This document shows, one piece after another, positions 48,969 through 60,876 of a stretch of DNA of 64,000 nucleotides (within the stretch, counting starts at the first letter, position 1; each line of letters starts with the position of its first letter). The translations under genes and the position numbers were made by a program. The stretch lies in NCBI RefSeq assembly GCF_040938485.1, contig NW_027270924.1:682001-746000 (forward strand). Direction: 5' to 3'. Source of the DNA: Diadema antillarum (lineage: Eukaryota). The notes below the pieces were generated by a model, which worked only from the letters and a program-made list of their open reading frames with translations, searched no databases and had not been told where the DNA came from.

Positions 48969-51900
48969 GTAAGTTTTTGGGCGTAAAAGAACCAGGTCCA
49001 CAGTTAGTTACACTCACTAAACACTGTTTGAATATAAAAATTTAGGGTCCTACTAACCACTGGGGCACTGCACTGGCAATGCAGTACTCAGGTCTCAGTA
49101 CAAACGCCACCAGCCGGCAGCCGCAGCTCAGCCACTGCGAACCAATGCAGTGGCAGTGCGATCTGACCAAAGCAGAGGGTAAAGCAAAGCTGCAGATCAC
49201 TGTCCCAGGGCTGCCAACATTGGAAACTAGTTGAGAGTGAGACTCCCATAGGCCAATGCTATGATTTAGGAGTCAAAATGAGTGAGATCAATAGAAATGC
49301 ATGCAAATGAAATAAAGTTTTAGAGTGAGAAAGGACCAAAATGAGTGAGTATCACTCTCGATGAGTGAGAGTTGGCAGCCCTGCTGTCCTCTCTCTACCA
49401 AATTCTGGAGTCACTCATTGGTAGCGCGCAGCGGTATAACTGGTACAGTGGTAGTGCACTGAGTGAAAGCTTTTACAGAGTACAGAGTGACCAAAAAAAT
49501 AAAAAAGGTCCCGTCATTTTGAAGTTGCCTTGTTTAAAATTACATTACAAAGCCCTGCCCCTGGCGCTGTACAGACGTCGCGACAGGCTGCGCATGGCAT
49601 CTGGTCTGGTTGGGCTGCCCGGCTAGTAAGTAGTATGGAAGTATAAAACGAGCGCGAAAATTCATGCTGCGAATAGACCACATATTTTACAGTATCTCCG
49701 ATGTCCTTACGATCTTTCGGTCAAGTTTGAAGTAGCCACTAAAATTGTTCGGGAATTTTGATACCACACCACTTGGCTTAATACTAATGATAGTCTGGTA
49801 TTCAGTAACATTCAGCAATAATCTTGATTTTTTTTAAATTAATAAAAAAAAGAATTGCTTGATCAGAAAAGGGGTCAACACTGTGTTATGAATTTTTATT
49901 CTGTGTGTGTGTGTGTGTGTGTGTGCATATCCTGTTGTGTGTGTCTTTCTGTGTGCACGTAAGTTGTAAATTCTCTCAAAATTTGTTTTAATATGGAAAT
50001 ATAATGCCAATGGTTAGCTTCACCCAGCCACTTGCTACAAGCAAAATTTTGCAGTCTTCAAAAGATTGTTATTCAGACATGCATGCAAACATGCAAAAGT
50101 TTATGAAAAGGGCATCAAAAATGCTGGGGGAATAACTCTACCAATGGTCCAAGATATATCACAAAACCACCCATGATTAGATGTTCTTACTTCACAAACT
50201 AGACAACTTCAAAATGATGGGACATTTTTTCTGACTCACCCTATACCTGTATAACTAACTGGCTGGCCTTTTCACACCACATCATGCCACCTTGTCTGCT
50301 CTGTACATATCTGGATGACACTGGCAGCTTTGCAATGGTGACATCACTCTCTAACTTGCCTTTTGCAAGTCTACATAATTTCCCCTGATTCAAAGAAGAA
50401 TTGAATTTGAATGTCACTTGCAGGTAACTGCAGTAGAATTGATTCTCGCAAATGGAAGAGTGGATTTGTCATTTCTTATGGTGTAAATTATGTTTCATGC
50501 ATGATTGTTCATGTCATGCACGGAAGGGGGTTGAGCCCAATCCCTGTCAATCTCGTAATTCTTTGTACAGGATCCACCCTATACTTTTGGGCAGTGGGGT
50601 GAATTATCAGACAGTGCAAATTGTACTTGTGCAATCATTGTTTGATTATGAATTGCTGTTACAATGTATTTCAGTGCATGCTATAATACTTGGTATCTGG
50701 TACAAATAGTGCTGTTTTCAAATCTATCAAGCACAATTTTATCACATTTTCAGGCATTTGCTAGCTCAAAGTAGATTAACGTTAGGTTCAGTACACTTAA
50801 CTTGTTTTCCATACATTTTTTTTTTTTTTAATATCCAGGTAGATATTTTGTTGACAGTAATGAGTAATACCAGTAATTTATCTATATTTTGTGAAAAAAT
50901 ACTTGCAGAACCACTAACTGAATGAATTGATGGTGGAATTTGTAAGAAAAGGTTCTGTGAAGATAAAACTAATAGGGCCATTGTGACATGATTGACAAAC
51001 CTGATTTTTGCATTACTAATTGTGTAAGTAATCTATACTGTGAACAGTTTGCATGCCACCCATGGTTCAAATGACATGGTTTTGTTTTGCAATATCATTT
51101 CTTATTTAATATATACAGACTGTAAGTGTGCAAGGGATACCATACACATGCATTTATAAAAATAATCAAAATGTCCTTCCATCCATCATTACCTGTCAGA
51201 TGAAGATATTTTCCAGGAGCTTCTACAATGTGTATGTAACATTCACAGTAAATCTTATCCCTTTCTATGTTGTTTATTTGATTAATTTCCTTTCACTGCA
51301 GTTGTTCTATTCCTTCTTCAAGTCCCTTGTGGGAAAGGATGTGGTTGTAGAGTTGAAGAATGACCTCAGGTATGTCCATTTTGATTACTTGCACCCCTTT
51401 TGTCATTTAACTGCTATGAGCAAAGAAGACCTCTACTGTACTATACACACATCCAACTTTCATACTTTCTGGAAATTGATTTTGCACTTGGAAAACTGTT
51501 GGTCATGATATTCACTTACTGTTAAAAGTCTTTGTCAGATGTGATATCCTATTGTGTTGAAGTAGAGGAGAAAGAGGGGTAGAAAACAGTGCCTTTTCTT
51601 TGCATCTTTTAAATTCTCATCAGTCACTCACTTAATAAGTAAGTGACTGATGAGAATTAAACTAGAAAAGTATAATTTTGAAAGCCTGGATAGAATACTG
51701 GCAAGGCAAAGCGAGCAATTCTTAAAAAAATAAATAAATAAATAAAGATATACAGAATGTTCAGCCCTCAGAGAGACATCATGTTTTTAATTTTTAGGAT
51801 AAATTCAGTGATATTGTAGTTGCCAATATAAGGAAAACAGCTTTCCTAGTTAAAGTCTACAAAGAACCCTTTCATAAGGATTTTTTTTTTTTGAAGATAA

Positions 51901-53497
51901 ACTTGTGACAAAACATACAATCACAATCTTTACTTGATTGTTTTGAGCACTCTCAATCTGGCTTCAAATGATTTCATAAATGTTTCTCCCCATTTGTCAG
52001 GTCAATTGCTAAGTAAAATTATTTTGACCTCTTTGTCATCGTCAATCTTTATACCCTCTTTTTTTTTTCAAGGAAATTTCATCTAATGGAGGTGTATCTT
52101 TCTAGCACTGCATTGCAAAAATGTGTGTATAACCAGGCAATAGCTGATGTACATTGTATATTTGTGTTTTGTGTGGTTTTTTTTTATGTCTACAGTATAT
52201 GTGGTACGCTGCATTCTGTGGATCAGTTCCTTAACATCAAGCTGACGGACATCTCTGTGGTCGACCAAGACAGGTATCCACACATGGTAAGTTGTCTCTT
52301 TGACCTCTGACCCTTGACACGCAGAGGGATAGCGCAGTTGTTTGTCCAGAGAGCACTTCAGTGATGAATCAGTTCCTTTCAAATCACATGCACCTCAACA
52401 GACCAAAGTCACACACTTTCAAGTGGAAAAGAAGTGCGAGGAAAATAGAAAGGGAAATTGCGCAATGATGTAAAAATCTAAAGCTGGTTAAAAGTTGATC
52501 GACCACCAACTTTTTTTTAGGAGTTTAATCACTATAAAACCCACATTATTAAAATCTGATGATCCTTGCAGTTTCAGTATTGTAAAAATATAGCCTTTTG
52601 AATATACATTTAAAAATTTTGAGCAGATTTTAGTCTGGATTTAATGGATCTGAAAAAAAACCTGTCGCCAAGCACATTTAAGGTGAATTGAGCATACAAG
52701 CCAATTCTCAAACCTTCTGCACAATGTAGACAACATTTTTTGTGTGTCAATAGTTTTGGCTGCTGTATTTATTTTTCTGCAAAAGAGGGCATTAAGAAAG
52801 TCTTTTTAGGAAAACAAAGAATGTTATACCACTGTAAGGTCTGTAACACATTTGACAGTAATGGAAGTTTGAATATGCCTAGTTCCTGCAAAGTATGGAC
52901 AAAAACAGTGTGAATCAGTATGGCATGGTATGGTTGGGTGAATATTGAGGGACTCGTGCTTAGATGGTATCATTCCCTTTCTATGATTTGTGCACCTAAA
53001 GTGGCAACTGGCTGGAATGCTCCCCAGGAAGTAAAGAGTGAGCACTGTTGGTACTGAGTGGAAGTAATGTAGGCATATCCAGTGTTCAGGATGATAATAA
53101 GAGTATGCATGTGCCTTGAGCACTCTACAGAGTGGATTTGGTGCAATATAAGTCATTATTCTTCTTCTTATTATTCTTATTCTTATTCTTATTCTTATTG
53201 TTATTGTCGTTGTTGTTGTTGTTTTTGTTGTTATCATCATCATCATTATTATTATCATTTATTCATTCACTGAGAGAAAACTTTGTGTACCCTCTGATTC
53301 AGCATTGTCAAAATGTACATTTCCTTTTTTACTGGCCTGTGTACATAATTTCTTGCACAATTTGTTTACAGCTGTCAGTCAAGAACTGCTTCATAAGGGG
53401 CTCGGTGGTTAGGTATGTTCAGTTGCCGGCGGACGAGTGCGACACACAGCTTTTACAGGATGCCGCTCGGAAGGAGGCCTCTCAGAGCAAACAGTGA
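48966..53497 (+). CDS. LSM2: U6 snRNA-associated Sm-like protein LSm2, 95 aa: join(48966..48968,51302..51369,52196..52286,53372..53497)
   Basis: Spliced product MLFYSFFKSLVGKDVVVELKNDLSICGTLHSVDQFLNIKLTDISVVDQDRYPHMLSVKNCFIRGSVVRYVQLPADECDTQLLQDAARKEASQSKQ*; canonical GT-AG; first coding exon is ATG only (ATG|gtaagt). Confidence 0.96.
49206..49383. mobile_element. hAT-like MITE (178 bp) in LSM2 intron 1
   Basis: Perfect 13-bp TIR CAGGGCTGCCAAC / GTTGGCAGCCCTG; 6-bp TSD CTGTCC (49200-49205, 49384-49389). Confidence 0.8.
49483..50243. mobile_element. Tc1/mariner-like non-autonomous element in LSM2 intron 1
   Basis: Imperfect TIR CAGAGTGACC…GTCCCGTCATTTTGAAGTTG versus CAACTTCAAAATGATGGGAC…CTGACTCACCCT; TA flanks. 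Confidence 0.7.
51302..51369 (+). CDS. LSM2: LSM2 exon 2 (LFYSFFKSLVGKDVVVELKNDL)
   Basis: Acceptor ttcactgcag; donor AG|gtatgt. Confidence 0.96.
52196..52286 (+). CDS. LSM2: LSM2 exon 3 (SICGTLHSVDQFLNIKLTDISVVDQDRYPHM)
   Basis: Acceptor tatgtctacag; donor ATG|gtaagt. Confidence 0.96.
53156..53256. repeat. Compound simple repeat (TTC/TTATTC/GTT/ATC/ATT)
   Basis: Direct reading. Confidence 0.9.
53372..53497 (+). CDS. LSM2: LSM2 terminal exon (LSVKNCFIRGSVVRYVQLP…SKQ*)
   Basis: Acceptor ttgtttacag; stop TGA. Confidence 0.96.
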   Translation: MSVKNCFIRGSVVRYVQLPADECDTQLLQDAARKEASQSKQ

Positions 53498-54309
53498 CCT
53501 CCTTGAGACAAGACTATTGACTCAGAGACGCTGATCATGAAAACAGTGATGTCATACCCTGTGTGTATGGATGCTGTGTGATGCATTATGAGAGATGCAG
53601 ACTGTGCATTAAGGAAGCCAGGAGCGAGCCAAAACGTGGGAAGAGAAACACACTGGAGGATCTTTCATGTATTTTTCTCTTTTCCTTTCATCAAGTTTTT
53701 ACTATTCTCTGTACATATTGGTGGATCACTGATACAAGAACGGGAAATGTTATGTTTGTGCAAAGTAGAAATTGACAACATAGCAAGCATGATTTCAAGT
53801 CATCCAGTACTCAGGTATTCTGCAACAGAAATCTCACTCCAGAGTTACCTGCATTACACTTTATCTTACTGTGGTGTTCTATATACAGTGGTTAGCATGA
53901 TCACTTTATATGGATAACGAAGAAAAAGAAAAAAAGGAACAAGGTCTATATAAAGACCAAAAGACATAACCTTTGCAAAATACACACCTTGGTTGATAAT
54001 TCATCAGCTACAAATGTTTGGAATACAGTAGCTCCGTTGTGTTCATTTGTTGTTGTTGGGGTTTTTTTTAATAAAATGGGGGGTTTTATAGCAAAATGTA
54101 GTCCTGAATGAGAATTTGAGTCCACATGAAGTCAAAGGGGGTTTGTGACTGATCCAAATGTCAAGGAAAAAGTAGTCTCTTGATAGGAGGCTGTGATGCA
54201 CTATGGAGTATGAACCTTTCCTCACATGCAAGGATGCCAACCTTGTAAATATCATTTCAGTATTCCAGCAGCTGAAAAGGCTTTTTTTTTTGGGGGGGGG
54301 GGAACAGTA

Positions 54310-54485
54310 CAGTCAAACTTGCTAAAGTTGACCTCACATAAGTCGAATAATAGCCTAAGTGAAAGGTCTTTTCAAGTCCTCTTCTCTTGATACTATATTG
54401 ATTTTAATCCCGCATAATTGAATTTTCTCTTAAGTCGAAGCTATTTCTTCAGTTCAAATAGATTTGACTTGGGCGAGGTTGACTG
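54310..54485. mobile_element. Tigger-like MITE
   Basis: TA-CAGTCAAACTTGC…GCGAGGTTGACTG-TA. Confidence 0.75.
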
Positions 54486-57400
54486 TATTGTTACCTTTCC
54501 TACATGAACACACTTCAGAAAAAACACTATTTTCCATGAAACCTACAAATTTTTCGCAAAAACTGTACAAAATACTGCAAAAAAAGTAATTGGCAACTCT
54601 AAACATGTCATGCCCATAAGCTGTATACAATGTCTATTTCCCAAAGCAAGCTGTAGTGACAAGTCACAAGCTGAAACACAACTGTATTTCAGTAAGACAG
54701 CAAGAGAAGAGTGTGACCAATCCCCTTGTTGTGGAAGCCAACATGAAAACACTATGCACACTTGAAAGGAAAAAGTGAAGCTCCAGTGTGGCTGAGCAAC
54801 TTCAAACTCCCTCCTGAAAAAAGGAAGCAGCTTCTCAACCCCCCATTACATTGGCCACCATTCTTTTTATTAGACCGCTAGCCCATTGATTATCTATCAG
54901 ATTCGGAGCCAGTCCGAGGCTAAATTCACTCCCTTGTTGTCAGTATTTGTGTGGTATTTTTTTCCATTTTTACTTTCCTCTTTAATACCAAACCAGATAT
55001 TTGACCAGGAAGCCGTTTTTGGTGCACATTATCTGAAAGTGAATGCATTGAAAGTGCCATCAGGAAACTGCATTGATTTGTATGAAGATGTAAATAAAAA
55101 GGCAAAAAAAAAAAAAAGATTCATGATTACCACTCAGTTCTTGGCCGTTATCTGTGTTCATGTTCACAACAAATTTATGCTACGATAGTTGTCTATCATG
55201 TTGTTGTTGGTTTTGACAGCATTATCATTCAGTGTCACCTTTGTCAAACTCTAGCCTGATTTCAAGGCTGTTAGAATATTAGCGTGTACATACCCCATCC
55301 TCATCCCTATCCTACGACAACAACACATAGATACATGGTCTGTCCATTATTATGATGGTTTCATTAGTGTTCGATCAGCAACCAACCCATGACTGCTTAA
55401 AATGACTAGCCACCCATCACTCTGTAATAAAGTTAGACCGCTTCTACATGTACTGTACATGTACATGTATTACGGTACACCAGACAGCTAGATTGTTTAA
55501 CACGTGCCTGTGTGTGTGTGTGTGTGTGCAAGCATACATATGTAAGTACTTTTGTGTGAGAATGTCAAGAGTCACTCACAAAAACAAGCACACCAACAAA
55601 GAAAAGGAATTGTAAAAAAAAAAGAAAAAAGAAAGTGGTTCCTTGGCCTATTTTTTTTTTCATACAGTTGCGAACGAACAGACAGCAGTGATGAGCATCA
55701 CAGCAAACTCTGCATGACAAATTATAGGAAACTTGTAAGATCTGGGTCTCATTTCATAAAACTTGTTATCAGTAACTGCCACATTTCTATGACAAATTTT
55801 GCTTTCAGCCAATCAGATGCAAGGATTTCTGTAGCTTGTAACAACTTTCATAACTTGTTATTGATAACAGGTTTATGAAATGGGGCCCTGGTCAGCTGCA
55901 CATAGTAGCAAACATAGACCAGGGAGGTCTTCCCAACCTCCCTGCATAGACAGAATAGATTTGTAGTTTCAAGATGGCTTGCGCAATACCTGTCAGTAAT
56001 GGCTGAAGAAGTACTGTACATGTAATTCAAAGCAGTTCTGAATTTGTTCACCCTGAGTGTTCCATTAACTTCATTCACCAAATTTAACAAGTCGTCTACC
56101 TTATCAACTGCAATGTACCAACATATCACCACATCACAATATTTTTAGATACACAGACAGGCAGACAGACAGACACACACACACAGATCGGTACCTTTCA
56201 GAGGAGATTGCCATCATAAAGTATGTAGAGAGCCGAAAGATTTACATTTCTAAAAGTCCTCTCTTGAACTTCTGTAAAATCTCTCCACACGATAAGAGCA
56301 TTTCGAGATGAAAGCCTGTTCTTACAGCACATCACTTCTCACATCCACCACAACTACTTCAGAAATCTTTCACTTCTACAGCAACATGAAACATATTTCG
56401 GAGGACTAGAATGACAATACCTTGACAAAGACTGTAAATACAAAATACATGTACAATGTACTGTATTTGTAAACTGTACATGCAACTTTCAATTGTAGTC
56501 ATGTGGTTTAATAACACAGTAGTAGTACATGTACTTGCAAATAAGCTCACCCCTTTTTCTGCAAGCCTTGTCAAATCGATCATAAGTACAGGCAACTCCT
56601 GTAATAACAAAGTCCTCGAAACCAGCAGTTTTCTTTCATTACATCGAAATTTTGTTTAAGCTGAACAGCAAAGTTCATATTCTAAAACAAATACACATGT
56701 ACATGTATAATCGATGTAGACGATTATCTTGGACTTGAATTTTTTTCTTTTGTGTAACGAGGATTAAGTTATAACTATGTTCATGACAATGGGAGTGCAC
56801 TGTAATTATGTGAAATTTAGCTTGTCTTGTTTTTCAGCACTTAAAATCTTATTTTCATCACTGAGTGCTGAAAACTTCATGTGCCTATGACTTGAAAATA
56901 AATACCTAGCAATCTCGGTATTTCACTTGACGTAATGAACTGCGAATTTACATTACACTGCCACAAGTCTCAGTGACAAAGAAACCAACAAAAATTCCCC
57001 CATCCAAACATTTCCCTATTTCTCACAAGGTTGCAATGGTAAAGCCCTACTCAGACATGAATAACTATTGTTTTTGCTATTCTGAGTCCACTGATATTCA
57101 TTCCACGGTGACCATGGTACCTGTGGAAAAGCTGCTCATTTTGATGGGATGCATGTAGATTACGATTGTAAAATTGGTGCAAGTTTGCTTCCTCAGTGTC
57201 TCTGAAATCCAGGATGAAGCCATTTCTAACCAACCATCAGGCCTTTACTGTAGCAGTTGTTCCACATGAAACCCCAGGGGTATCTGAAAGGCCAGCATCT
57301 GAAAATTTCAGAGTCTGACTGTCACATCACAGTCAGACTGTGATGTTATTGTAACAAATGTGTTGCAAAAAAGGTGATTGACAACGAAACCTAGGGTGCG

Positions 57401-57514
57401 GTGACTGCATTCTTGTCAGGAATGTTACGGGGCTTCTGAGCATTTGGAAATTTCATCCTGCGTGACTTGACATCCAATAATCTTGAAAGGGAAGGGTGCA
57501 CAATCCGCTATGTA

Positions 57515-57629
57515 TTATGATTTTTGGGGGAGAGTGTCCACATCCAGACTTGTGATCTCCAGCGTTTCCTCTTCTGTCAATTCTGAACGTACCTTTTCTC
57601 CCTTCGCTGCCATTATCTCCTCAATGTTC
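57515..57629 (-). CDS. DNLZ: DNLZ terminal exon (NIEEIMAAKGEKV…LPQKS*)
   Basis: Acceptor ctgtcatacag; stop TAA at 57517-57515. Confidence 0.9.
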
Positions 57630-59814
57630 CTGTATGACAGACAGACAAATCCAGAAGATTAAGACAAACAACTGCAGTGCACTCCCATTATAACAAACAC
57701 AGTTATAACCAAAATTTGTTACAGTAAAGTAAAAATTTGGTTTCCAAAAGTGTCATTTAAATATCTTTATATACTTTCTTTGTTTGGCTATAAAGAAATG
57801 TAAATACCATTACAAAAGAAAACTGCTATCTCCAAGGAATTCATTGAAATGCGACTCACCTGTACATCATTCCAACACTTCATGACAATACATGAGAAAT
57901 GAATTCTTTACCAATCATCCCTACAAAACAACTGTTTTTATTTCAACAACTCTATGCAATGTTGAATAATGATGTGGTTAGCATACAATTGAAGAACTAC
58001 ACATAACCAGTGAACCACCTTAATGGGGATCTGACACACACGTTAAAACGACAACATGAAGACACATGCAATCGTTTAGATCATTTATTTGGGCGTCTTA
58101 GTGAAATAATGAAATATGTCTGTATGTCTTTTTGCACTTTGTGTAGGAGAATACAGTGTACTTGTATTTGCAGAATATTCCAGCTCTCGAATTACAGATA
58201 TCTCTGTCAGGTCAGCCTCTGACATTACAGCATTTGAGAGTGAGAACTCTACATTGTAGACATATACATGTATTTACCTTCCTGCCCCCTCAGCTCCCTT
58301 GAACCAATCAAGGTTGTCCGCAATGAGGTGGTTGCTGTCGCATCCGCTGCACCTCACTATGACCACACCCTTTTCATAGGCCTGCTTTGAGATGGAGCGT
58401 GCTGTCCGTGTTCCACACACTTTACAGGTGAAGGCCAGATGGAGCTTTCCTGGAAAGGCATCATCATGTGATTATTAAGCTAGGTGTGCTGTGCAGTGAC
58501 TCCATTTATTCTTCCTAAACTAAACTGAACAAACTCTAATAGAACTGTATAAAAAAGTTCACATCTTACTTGTGTGGTTGTTTAGCTTTTATGTTATCTG
58601 CATAAAATTCATCATGCATTATCCCATGGATGATTTCTCTCGCATTCCATCACTCAAGCAAACACAAAAGGTTAACAAAATGTGAGCGAAGATAGTTGTT
58701 TTTATCTTGCACATAGGAAGGCCTCAAAAGATAGGGAGACAGCTAAACTTTAGCCTATTGAATTGAAGATATCAGATGTGCCCTTGATATGAAAAAGATT
58801 ATCTTCCATCACATCATGAAATCGTCAGTTGGTTTCCATCATGAAAACTGTGACTGGCAATGTCCATTGAAATGCATTCATGGATGGTTAAGACCAACTG
58901 CAAAAGGTACTCAGTATAAAATGTATTAGTTTCCACTTCAAGCAAAAACTTGAATCAGTAAATATTAATTTCATTCATCCAGCCAATGCATTTAAACTGA
59001 TGCCTCTTAAAGGTATCGTATAGTTTTGGTTGCGACCTAATTTCAGGTTTCTAACATTTTTTGGTGAGATCTAATCAGAAACATCTTTTGAAATATGAAA
59101 GAGCATGTAATTCTATGGGGAATTCAACATTAATTTGATGAAAATTGGTTTTGAAATGGCCAAGATATACAAAAAAAAGCGATTCTACTAAAGTGTGGGA
59201 CCCACACTTTATCACAATCGCTTTGTTTTACTTTGTTTTTGGATGTTTCAGTCATTCCAAACCCGATTTTCATCAAATAAACTTTGAATTCCTCTTAAAA
59301 TGGTATGCTCTGTACTATAAAATAAGTGTTTTCTTGATATCTCGCAAAAAGTTAAAAGCCCAATTCTCATCTCCACCAATACTGTACTATCCCTTTAAAG
59401 CGACTTTTCAATGTTTATTCCTATTATACAGACAGGAAAAGCAAACCAGAAATGTGCTTGGTCTGGATTAAGTAGGATACCTTGGATCTTTCCCAATGCT
59501 TGCTTGCCATCCTCACTGCTGCCTTCTCCACTTGAACAAACCCTTGATGGCGCCCTAATATTGACATGTGGTCTGTGTCTTCCCAGCACACAAGAGTCAT
59601 TCTGATGATTACACAGTCCTCCATTCCGTCCTCTCACACAAAGACATGGTGACGATGTAGCTGTCCTGGCTTTGATTTTTGATGATGAAAAAGTTCTAAA
59701 GCCAACAGAAGAACTTGTGGCTCGCACAGGTGGAGTTCTTCCATGGATGTTCCAAAGTGTTCTTGTAAAGAAACGAGCTCCAAGTCTGGTCACTGCACTT
59801 ACAGATTGTGACAT
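57515..59814 (-). CDS. DNLZ: DNL-type zinc finger protein (mitochondrial Hsp70 escort, Hep1/Tim15/Zim17), 206 aa: complement(join(57515..57629,58278..58449,59481..59814))
   Basis: Arg/Ser-rich presequence-like N-terminus with no acidic residues over the first ~70 aa; [56 protein letters not shown] (zf-DNL CxxC…CxxC, ADNL) followed by RNIEEIMAAKGE; in-frame upstream TAA fixes the start; phases consistent. Confidence 0.93.
58278..58449 (-). CDS. DNLZ: DNLZ zinc-finger exon
   Basis: Acceptor cctttccag; donor AG|gtaaat; CKVC…CSGC…IADNL. Confidence 0.95.
59011..59394. mobile_element. Kolobok-like non-autonomous element in a DNLZ intron
   Basis: TTAA flanks (59007-59010, 59395-59398); AGG…CCT termini with imperfect TIR; central palindrome AAAGTGTGGGACCCACACTTT. 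Confidence 0.75.
59481..59814 (-). CDS. DNLZ: DNLZ first coding exon (targeting peptide); exon begins at 59904
   Basis: ORF 59395..59814; donor G|gtatcc; acceptor ttctttttgaag ends at 59905. Confidence 0.85.
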
Positions 59815-60172
59815 TGTGAAGTATTTTGCTTTCCTCTTTTTGAGTGTTACTCCTTCTTTGTATTCATCTGGAATTTTTAAAGTTTAACTCCTCATGATCA
59901 TGTCCTTCAAAAAGAAGAAGAAATGATACATCATCGTTATCACAAAACTACATATGGCATGACATCAATATTCAGTAGACCGATGGTATCTGTCTCTTCA
60001 CAATGGGCTTCTGAACTGACATTTATGGTCAGCCCATCATGTCCCAACATCAGATAAGAAGCCCATCCGGAAGAGACAGATACCATCGGTCTACAAACAT
60101 TGTTCAATTGAGCTTTCACAAAGCAATATCCAGACAAATAGAACAAGTTTGAATACTACGAGAATATCCTAT

Positions 60173-60876
60173 GTGACCCGCTACAACAAAAGGATCCTAA
60201 AGTTGCTGACGGGTGAGTGGAGAAAATCAGTTTGAAGTCAGATGATCAAAATCCGTCAAAACGTTTGGATTTCTGTTTTTGACATAACTTTGTAGTCTAA
60301 TGTATCTTTTATCATCTACGGAAATTTCGAAGCTAAATGATCAAAGGAAAGGCAAGAAAATAGTGTTTTTCTGGGCCATGATTTTCAGACTTTCAACGGA
60401 ACAGAAACGTGTCCGAAGATTTGGATTTAGCGCCGCAGCTAGACTCCACCCCTAGCAACGAGGGAGTGATCTCATTGGTCAGTGCGTGGCATCCTGGTTA
60501 CTGATTGGTTGTGCGTAGACTGCTTGGTTACTGATTGGTTGTGCGTAGACCGCTGGGGCTAAGCTTGAATAAGCATCATGGAGGTTGCTAAAAGCGTACC
60601 TTCTATTGTCACACGGTGAAAACTGTCTTGCTTCCCCTTGATCCTGATACAATCAATAGCATCAAAAGGAAAACTTTGAAGGCGGTTTTCTCGAAACATT
60701 GATTTCCTAAACCACTCCACATGCGCCAATAAATTAATTGATATCCCCGCAACTGAGTACTTTTATGAGTCATGTTATATATGACATTTAAGCGGAAGAG
60801 TAAGGGAATAATGGCATGTCATTTTCAGAAAATTGTCCTCCCCCGACTTTTGGATCCTTTCGTTGCAGCAGGTCAC
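60173..60876. mobile_element. Unclassified TIR element (704 bp) with 4-bp TSD
   Basis: Imperfect ~30-bp TIR GTGACCCGCTACAACAAAAGGATCC / GGATCCTTTCGTTGCAGCAGGTCAC; CTAT on both flanks. Confidence 0.75.

Noticed and set aside
52355-52560. Box C-like GTGATGA in LSM2 intron 3 as an intronic snoRNA
   Set aside because: No box D (CTGA) at a suitable distance with a terminal stem; not supportable by eye.
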